A stretch of DNA of 40,682 nt from Limisphaerales bacterium (GTDB taxonomy: Bacteria > Verrucomicrobiota > Verrucomicrobiia > Limisphaerales > UBA9464), in contig JBGAPN010000001.1 of the NCBI GenBank assembly GCA_044221235.1, positions 1 through 40,682 of the forward strand, given 5' to 3'. The translations under genes were made by a program, and so were the position numbers. Positions 31,569 through 38,234 of this stretch are shown here, one piece after another; the stretch's first letter is position 1; each line of letters starts with the position of its first letter. The notes beneath the pieces are model-generated. The model saw only the letters and a list, made by a program, of their open reading frames with translations. It was not told the origin of the DNA and did no database searches.

Positions 31569-32711
31569 TTAATTCCCGGAGCCGGGTGCTGCGGGTACCA
31601 CCCGCCCAATCCCGAACTGATCCCCGACGCGAATCACACGGCCACCCCGGAATTGCACCTCCACCATTTTCTCACTCTGCACCGGAACTCCCCGTTCGTC
31701 GGACAGCGTTGCCACCCCCTTCCGGGTGGCAACGTCCACGACGTCCCCCGTCGAAGGCCAGGCATGGCGGCCGTCCAGGCTGAAGGTCACCCACCCCGGC
31801 TGGTCGCGGACGGGAATGCTCGCCACCTGACGGGGCGGATTGACGGTGTTGTCAAATACATGGAGCCGTTCATTCGCGGCGTCCGTCAGCCACACCTCCC
31901 GTTCGTCCGGAGTCAGGCCAATGCCATGGCTGGGGCAGGCGTGGCGCTTGACCGGTCCCTTTGAGTATCCGGTCACGACCACCCGGGCGACCGGTTGCAT
32001 GGATTTCAGATCACCGACTTCAAATCCGAGCAGATCGTCCACGCACACGTACACCCGGGTTCGTCCCCCGTTGATCGTAAAGGGGCGGATGAAGTTCAGG
32101 AATGGCCCCACCTTGCCGACGGGCTCCATCCGCGCCACATCCACGATGGTGAGCCGGGTCGAATGCCGATCCGCGAGGTACGCCTGCTGCCCATCGAGAC
32201 TCACCAGCGTGTTGTGAGCCGATTTGTAGCCATCGAACTTCTGAAGAACCTCCCCGTTGGTGGCGTTGACCACCCTCCAAAAGGATTGTTCGAGAGAGGG
32301 CAGGAACAAGAGGCGTCCATCCGGCGTGAGGGCTGGCCGGTCACAGCCACCCTCATAAGCCTGCTCCCACAGGAGACGGTCGTTGGACAGGTCATAGCAG
32401 GCGAGCTTCTGCAGGGTGGTGACGTAGAGGCGCTGGGTGACCGCGTTGGCCACGATGCCCTTGACGTTCATGGGCCGGCCCTCGGCATCCAGCCCTGCCC
32501 CCGGAATCCTCCGCAGGCATCGGTAATGCTGGTCCGGATCAAAAACCAGAATCCCATGCCCCCCGTATTCCAGGTAGTTTCGGATGCCCGGAACGGCGAC
32601 GTAAAGGCGGCGAACCAGGGGTTCTTCGGCACCGGTCAGGGTCAGGCAGGCCGCCAGAGACAGGGCCAAACCCACGAAGCCCCGCACCGTGCGCAGGAAG
32701 ACGGAGGACAT
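31569..32711 (-). CDS. Secreted beta-propeller protein (YncE/lactonase-like fold, function unknown)
   Basis: Start at ATG 32711 (MSSVFLRTVRGFVGLALSLAACLTLTGA). It has repeated blade-like segments (RLYVAVPG.., RLYVTTLQKLACYDL.., GRLLFLPS.., QQAYLADRHSTRLTIVDV.., TRVYVCVDD.., EVWLTDAANERLHVFD.., HAWPSTGDVVDV). The fold assignment is by pattern only. Confidence 0.55.
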   Translation of the reverse strand: MSSVFLRTVRGFVGLALSLAACLTLTGAEEPLVRRLYVAVPGIRNYLEYGGHGILVFDPDQHYRCLRRIPGAGLDAEGRPMNVKGIVANAVTQRLYVTTLQKLACYDLSNDRLLWEQAYEGGCDRPALTPDGRLLFLPSLEQSFWRVVNATNGEVLQKFDGYKSAHNTLVSLDGQQAYLADRHSTRLTIVDVARMEPVGKVGPFLNFIRPFTINGGRTRVYVCVDDLLGFEVGDLKSMQPVARVVVTGYSKGPVKRHACPSHGIGLTPDEREVWLTDAANERLHVFDNTVNPPRQVASIPVRDQPGWVTFSLDGRHAWPSTGDVVDVATRKGVATLSDERGVPVQSEKMVEVQFRGGRVIRVGDQFGIGRVVPAAPGSGN

Positions 32712-32812
32712 GCCGCCACGCTGCGCCGTCCTGTGCCGATGGCAAGCCGACGCTGATGCCGGATCGACATGGTCCGAATCCGACACGTGCCCGGATCAGG
32801 AGCGGGATGCAT

Positions 32813-32888
32813 AAAAAAAGAGGCCGACGCCCGCCGCGATCAATTGAACTCCACGATTGATCACTGCGAGCGCCGGCCCCTCAAAAAA
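32813..32888 (-). terminator. Rho-independent terminator downstream of the 138-aa repeat protein gene
   Basis: On the minus strand the sequence reads TTTTTT - GAGGGGCCGGCGCTCGCAGT GATCAAT cgtggagttca ATTGATC GCGGCGGGCGTCGGCCTC - TTTTTTT. The perfect 7-bp inner stem is 32838-32844 / 32856-32862. The GC-rich outer stem has bulges, and a 7-T run follows (complement of A32813-32819). It sits ~50 nt after the stop at 32940. Confidence 0.65.
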
Positions 32889-32939
32889 GAGGAAGTCGGA
32901 CGGGTTGAACGGGAATCCCAGCAGGACTCTGTCCGTCGC

Positions 32940-33356
32940 TCAATCCGCGATGGAGATGGACGGATGCAAATTCACCGGACGGGCCGTACTCGTGGCTGCC
33001 GGACGGTTCACCGTCTTTTCCACCTGGGCTGGCGGAGCCGTCAGCGCAAGAATCACGAATACGAGTCCAAACCAGGCGGTAATGATCAGCGAAGGGACCA
33101 TTCGCTGCCCCCAACCGGGCCAGGCTTCAGACTCCGGACGGGACAGACTCCACGCCTGTGCCGGCCGGTCATCAACGGCCGCCGTATTGAGCATCTCCAG
33201 GCAACGCGTGGCGAGGCGCTCGGTTGCATGGGAGATGTTTGTCGCCATGGATTCCGTGGCATCGTTGACCCGGGCGAGCACCTCCGTCGCCTCATTCAGG
33301 CGGGCGGCGAGCACCTCCGTGGGGTCGTTCAGCACCACATTGTATTTCGCGGTCAT
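32940..33356 (-). CDS. Small hypothetical membrane protein with N-terminal 10/11-residue repeats
   Basis: ATG at 33356 gives MTAKYNVVL NDPTEVLAARL NEATEVLARV NDATESMATNI SHATERLATRC.... One hydrophobic helix follows (MVPSLIITAWFGLVFVILALTA). At the DNA level the 14-mer GCGAGCACCTCCGT occurs at 33274-33287 and 33307-33320, exactly 33 nt apart. Confidence 0.5.
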   Translation of the reverse strand: MTAKYNVVLNDPTEVLAARLNEATEVLARVNDATESMATNISHATERLATRCLEMLNTAAVDDRPAQAWSLSRPESEAWPGWGQRMVPSLIITAWFGLVFVILALTAPPAQVEKTVNRPAATSTARPVNLHPSISIAD

Positions 33357-33765
33357 GGTTCGAGAGATTTGAGTTCGGGCCGTTCTTGGGCCCAATCCCG
33401 TATGTGCCGGGGTTCAAGACAACCCGGGGCTCAACCTGCCCCGAGTTGCCCACAATCCGGATCAACCAATCCGGGTTCGAATAGGACTGACTGCGCCATT
33501 CATCAACGCGGATAACCTCGCACACCGGAGTCCCGCCCAACAATGGGTGCCCCCATCCAGGTGCAATGCGAGATTCTCCGAGGCGAACTAGGAAGATCCC
33601 CTAGTCGTTTGCCCCGTGATCACCCCAAAACGCCCTCACTCCAGCCCTTTCCCCTTTCCCTGGCGTCGGAAGAAGGAGGGCGTCAATCCTCTGGGCTCAC
33701 CGGCCCATTCGCATTCACCCACTGGAGTGGCTGGCAGATTCCATCGTTTCGCCTAGCCTCCGACC

Positions 33766-36072
33766 ATGCGTTGCCGCGGCCAGATTGTCTCCCGTCTTTC
33801 GTGGGTCACGGCCATCGTCGCCCTGTGGCTGTCCAAGCCCGCTGTCCGGGGTGCGTCGCCGGTCTTCCAATCGCCTGCCGCTGCCCGGTCGGCGCCCGCC
33901 AAGGCACGTCCTCAGGGTGACCCGGCTCCGAATCCCGCCCCATTCACCACCGAGGAACTGGCGTCCCGCGCCCGACGAAGTTTGGTCACGCTGGTTTCGC
34001 GGGGGCGTGACGGTTCGGGCGAAGGAATGGGAAGCGGCTTTGTGGTCGATTCGTCCGGATTAATCGCCACCAGCCTCCACGTCGTCGGTGAGTCCCGGCC
34101 GTTCGGTGTCCGTCTCGCGTCCGGTGAAGAGGTGGAGGTGGTGGGCATCCACGCTTTCGATCGCCACAGCGACCTGGCCCTGGTCCGGATCAACACCACC
34201 AACCTGACCGCACTCCCGCTGGGTGACAGCGACACTCTGGCCCCGGGAGCGGAGGTCGTTGCTCTCGGAAACCCGCTCGGTCTCGAAAACTCGGTGGTCG
34301 CCGGGGTTCTCTCCGCACGGCGCACACTGGACGAGATTGAAATGCTCCAGGTTGCCATTCCCATCGAGCCGGGAAACTCCGGCGGTCCACTGCTGGATCG
34401 GTTGGGTCGGGTCCAGGGCATCGTGAATGCAAAATCGTTGCTCACCCGGAATCTGGGATTCGCGACGCCCGTGAATCTGCTCAAACCGCTGGTCGATCAC
34501 CCCAACCCGGTGCCGTACGCCCGATGGATCCGAAGCGGAGGACTGGATCCGGAACAATGGGAATCCCACCTGGGGGCCCATTGGCGGCAGCGGGCGGGCC
34601 GCATCCGGGTCGAAGGCGCCGGCACGGGATTCGGGGGACGGTCCTATATCCTCCATCGTCAGCCCGCCCCCGAGGCCGCCAGCGATGTCACGGTCACGGT
34701 CCGGCTTCAGGATGAATCAGGCGCCGCCGGATTGATCTTTGCCGGAAGTCCGGATGGAACCCATTACGGGTTTTATCCGACCGGGGGAAACCTCCGGCTG
34801 ACGGCGTTCGAAGGGGATGACGTCAATTCGTGGCGCATCCTGGGCACGGTACCCAGCGCCGCCTACCGGCCGGGAGACTGGAACGTTTTGAGGGTACGCC
34901 ACGAGGGCCGAACGATCCGCTGCTGGGTCAACGGCTCGGAGGTGTTCTCCCTCCCGGAGGATGCGCTGCATGGACGCCAGGTGGGTCTTGCCAAGTTTCG
35001 CAACACCCGTGCCGAGTTCCGTGATTTTCAGTGCGCGTCCTCGCTGAACCCGGCGTCAAACCTGGACCCGCGGATGGTGGAACTCCTGGGGGGAACCAAT
35101 CCTCCCGCCCGCAGACTTCAGGAACCGGATCTTGCCACGTTGCGGACACAGCTCCCGGCCGCCCGGGCATTCCTCGCCTCCCGTTCGAGGGAACTGGAAC
35201 AGGAGGCCTCCAGCCTGAGGGAGCTGGCCGACCGCCTTCATCGGGACTCCGTCCGTGACGAACTGGCCGCAGAACTGGGCCACGGCGAGGATGACATCGA
35301 CCTGGCCCGCGCAGCCCTGCTGGTGTCGCGATACGACAACCCCGACCTCGACATCCCAACCTACCAGCGCCAAATCGCGGACCTGGCCTCCGAACTGCGC
35401 GGTCGGCTCCGGGACACCATGACCCCCACGGAACGGCTTGATACCTTGCGCCGGTTTCTTTTCGAGGAAAACGGCTTTCACGGAAGCCGCCACGATTACT
35501 CCAACCGTGCCAACAGCTATCTCAACGACGTCCTGGACGACCGCGAGGGGCTGCCCATTACCCTGAGTTTCATTTTCCTGACCGTCGGGGAACGGGCGGG
35601 AGTTTCGCCGATCCGGGGCATTCCGCTGCCCGGTCATTTCCTCGTGAAATACCTGCCGCCCGACGGCGAGGGACGATTGATCGACGTCTTTGACGGGGGC
35701 CGTTTCCTGACCCACAGCGAGGCCGACGACATCGGTTCCAATGCGGCCGGAGTTCCGGTCCGCTCCGAATTCATCCGTCCGGCCACCAAGCGGGAAATGA
35801 TCGTCCGGATGGTCACCAATCTCCAGAGCTTCACGGAGCGTTCCGAGGGAGCGGCGGCCTCTCTCCGTTACGCCGACCTGCTGGTGGCCATCGCCGGCGA
35901 TTCACGTTCCGAAGCGGCCCAACGGATTGACCGGGCCCGCCTTCGCCATCAGGCCGGAGACCTTGCCGGCGCGCGGGAGGACCTCCGATGGGTGTTGGAT
36001 TCCGGGCCGGAGGGGATCGGTCGCGACCGCCTCGAATCCATGCTGGAACGCCTGGATCCGGACCGACGCTGA
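33766..36072 (+). CDS. Secreted fusion protein: S1C (HtrA/trypsin-like) serine protease + concanavalin/DUF1080-like beta-sandwich + SirB1-like transglutaminase-fold/TPR module
   Basis: 768 aa with a signal peptide (MRCRGQIVSRLSWVTAIVALWLSKPAVRGA). The protease triad context is SLH105VVG, HSD136LALVRI and GNS205GGPL. The middle region (aa ~275-425) reads ..GLIFAGSPDGTHYGFY..GDWNVLRVRHEGRTIRCWVNGSEVF..GRQVGLAKFRNTRAEFRDFQ. The C-terminal region is LRRFLFEENGFHGSRHDYSNRANSYLNDVLDDREGLPITLSFIFLTVGERAGVSPIRGIPLPGHFLVKY..RLIDVFDGG, followed by helical-repeat sequence as in E. coli SirB1/YchA-like proteins. Confidence 0.75.
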   Translation: MRCRGQIVSRLSWVTAIVALWLSKPAVRGASPVFQSPAAARSAPAKARPQGDPAPNPAPFTTEELASRARRSLVTLVSRGRDGSGEGMGSGFVVDSSGLIATSLHVVGESRPFGVRLASGEEVEVVGIHAFDRHSDLALVRINTTNLTALPLGDSDTLAPGAEVVALGNPLGLENSVVAGVLSARRTLDEIEMLQVAIPIEPGNSGGPLLDRLGRVQGIVNAKSLLTRNLGFATPVNLLKPLVDHPNPVPYARWIRSGGLDPEQWESHLGAHWRQRAGRIRVEGAGTGFGGRSYILHRQPAPEAASDVTVTVRLQDESGAAGLIFAGSPDGTHYGFYPTGGNLRLTAFEGDDVNSWRILGTVPSAAYRPGDWNVLRVRHEGRTIRCWVNGSEVFSLPEDALHGRQVGLAKFRNTRAEFRDFQCASSLNPASNLDPRMVELLGGTNPPARRLQEPDLATLRTQLPAARAFLASRSRELEQEASSLRELADRLHRDSVRDELAAELGHGEDDIDLARAALLVSRYDNPDLDIPTYQRQIADLASELRGRLRDTMTPTERLDTLRRFLFEENGFHGSRHDYSNRANSYLNDVLDDREGLPITLSFIFLTVGERAGVSPIRGIPLPGHFLVKYLPPDGEGRLIDVFDGGRFLTHSEADDIGSNAAGVPVRSEFIRPATKREMIVRMVTNLQSFTERSEGAAASLRYADLLVAIAGDSRSEAAQRIDRARLRHQAGDLAGAREDLRWVLDSGPEGIGRDRLESMLERLDPDRR

Positions 36073-36133
36073 GGTCCGTTCCAAAATCACTCGACAGTTG
36101 CAACCCGACATTCCGTCCTGAAATGTCTCGGCC

Positions 36134-37078
36134 ATGGATCTCCGTTTGAAATCACCGTGCCGCCGGACGATTCGCGGCGCCCTGCTTTCCTGGATATCAG
36201 TGGCGAGTTTGGGTGTAGCCCTGGCCGCTGAATCCCCTGCGACTCCCGCCAAGACCGTTCCAAACCCCGGCACCGCAACGGCCCAACAGCCGTTCGAGAA
36301 TTCCCTCGGCATGCGATTCATCCCGGTGAAGGGAATTCCCGGACTGGTCTCAATCTGGGAAACCCGATTGGGAGACTTTGAGGCCTTCGTCAAGGAGACC
36401 GGATACGACGCCACGGCAGGCACATTCTCGCTCACCACCAACCGTTGGAAACAACAGGGTGACACCTGGAAATCGCCCGGGTTCGCCCAGACTGAACGCC
36501 ATCCGGTCTGCGGCATCAGCTGGGAAGACGCCCAGGCGTTCTGCAAGTGGCTTTCCAAAAAGGAGGGCCGCACCTACCGCCTCCCCACCGATGCCGAATG
36601 GAGCGTGGCCGTGGGACTGCCGGGTGAATTGGGCCTGTCTCCCAAGGAGAAAAGCGGCCGCATCCCCAATCAGTTTCCCTGGGGTACAAGCATGCCCCCG
36701 GTTATCGCGGGTCAACCCTCAGGCAATTACCCTGGATCGGAAGCTTCCGAAACCAACTGGCCCACGGCTTTTCGGGTCATTGAGGACTACCGGGACGCCT
36801 TCGCGCGAACGGCGCCCGTGGGAAGCTTTCCTCCCAATGCCCTGGGACTTTACGACCTGGGTGGAAATGTCTGGGAGTGGTGCGAAGACGAGTCCGAACC
36901 CGGTAAGGGAATTCGCGTGGTCCGCGGTGGCTCCTGGGTCGATAACCTTCCCGAGATTCTCCAGTCGTCGTATCGGCACTTCATCCGTCCCACCTCCCGC
37001 AACGTGAGTATTGGATTCCGCTGCATCGTTGAAGCCGAAGCGGCAGCGTCGACCTCTCCACCTTCCAAAAAGGATTAG
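36134..37078 (+). CDS. Formylglycine-generating-enzyme (SUMF1/FGE-sulfatase) domain protein, secreted
   Basis: 314 aa. SLGMRFIPVKG, IWETRLGDFEAFVKETGY, HPVCGISWEDAQAFCKWLSKKEGRTYRLPTDAEWSVA, GLYDLGGNVWEWCED, VVRGGSW and IGFRCIV are the characteristic FGE-sulfatase-domain blocks. Confidence 0.82.
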   Translation: MDLRLKSPCRRTIRGALLSWISVASLGVALAAESPATPAKTVPNPGTATAQQPFENSLGMRFIPVKGIPGLVSIWETRLGDFEAFVKETGYDATAGTFSLTTNRWKQQGDTWKSPGFAQTERHPVCGISWEDAQAFCKWLSKKEGRTYRLPTDAEWSVAVGLPGELGLSPKEKSGRIPNQFPWGTSMPPVIAGQPSGNYPGSEASETNWPTAFRVIEDYRDAFARTAPVGSFPPNALGLYDLGGNVWEWCEDESEPGKGIRVVRGGSWVDNLPEILQSSYRHFIRPTSRNVSIGFRCIVEAEAAASTSPPSKKD

Positions 37079-37229
37079 AGCCTGTCCGAGGGAAGCGCAG
37101 GGGCACCACCGGACGTGTCGGGAAATCACGCCGAATGATGCCGACCTGAAGGGTATTCGCGGTCGTTCGCCCCCGGAAGGTTGAGGGGTTCTCCCTTCGA
37201 CAAGCGTCCTGACATCGCTAGACTTCGGA

Positions 37230-38162
37230 ATGCTTTCGTTGCCCCAGCCTGAGGTCATCTGCACACATGAGAGTGACCTGGACGGCTTTGTATCCGGGTT
37301 GTTGCTCGTCCGCCTCGCCACCCATCTGTTCGGCGAGGAGCCGATGCTGCAGGCCTGGAATTATCAGGGTTGGAAAAACCGGTCGATGAGCGAGCCCCTG
37401 GCTTGGGTATCGGATTTCACCTTCGAAGCGCGTCTGGACCGTCCCGGATGGTTGATCTTCGACCACCACGTCCACAACCAGGTGCCCCGATATGCGAAAC
37501 TGGTCCACAGCCGCACCCAGTCGGCAGCGGCCCTGGTCTACGACTACTGCCGGCAGGCCGGACTCCAGAACGAGACCCTCGACCGGTTGGTTCATCTCAC
37601 GGACATCGGGGACTTGTGGCGCAGCGACGATGCCGAATTCGAACTGGCCCTCGATTATGCGAGCCTGGTCAAGGAGTACGGATTCTGGAATTTGCACAAG
37701 GTGGTGGATGGAAACCCGGAACGCCTCCTGAATCACCCCCTCCTCGAAGTCATGGCGGTGAAGCGCCGCGTCGAGAACCCCATCGGCCTGGCCTGGGCCA
37801 AGGCCAACGTCGAACCCATCTCGACCGACGTGGGAATCGTGCAGACGTCCATCGGTGACACCAACCTGATCGTCCATCAACTCCTGGACCTCGGGGTCAC
37901 ACCGTACAAAGTGCTGGTGACGTTGTTTCCCAAAGCCAACCGGACCATGGTGGCCAGCTTCCGCAGCCTGGGGGGCGAGGCCATCGGTGCGGCGGCACGG
38001 CTTCAGGGCGGTGGACATCCCAACGCCGCCGGTGCAACCCTGCCCCGTTCCGTCACCGATACCGACTCCGCGATCGAATACCTGCGGGATGTATTTACCT
38101 CCTTTCAGGGAATGCAGACGAGCGGTTCCCTGCAGCAGCCCTTTGCGGACCTCAAGCTTTAG
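37230..38162 (+). CDS. DHH/DHHA1-family phosphoesterase (NrnA-like)
   Basis: 310 aa. VICTHESDLDGFVSG (DHH motif I/II region), IFDHHV (DHH motif) and GGGHPNAAGATL (DHHA1 GGGH motif). Confidence 0.8.
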   Translation: MLSLPQPEVICTHESDLDGFVSGLLLVRLATHLFGEEPMLQAWNYQGWKNRSMSEPLAWVSDFTFEARLDRPGWLIFDHHVHNQVPRYAKLVHSRTQSAAALVYDYCRQAGLQNETLDRLVHLTDIGDLWRSDDAEFELALDYASLVKEYGFWNLHKVVDGNPERLLNHPLLEVMAVKRRVENPIGLAWAKANVEPISTDVGIVQTSIGDTNLIVHQLLDLGVTPYKVLVTLFPKANRTMVASFRSLGGEAIGAAARLQGGGHPNAAGATLPRSVTDTDSAIEYLRDVFTSFQGMQTSGSLQQPFADLKL

Positions 38163-38234
38163 TTGTCCCGTCGTGCCAGAGGCTCAACTGGCCGCGGCCT
38201 GCACCCCATTTCCCCGACCGCTTCGCGAAAAACC

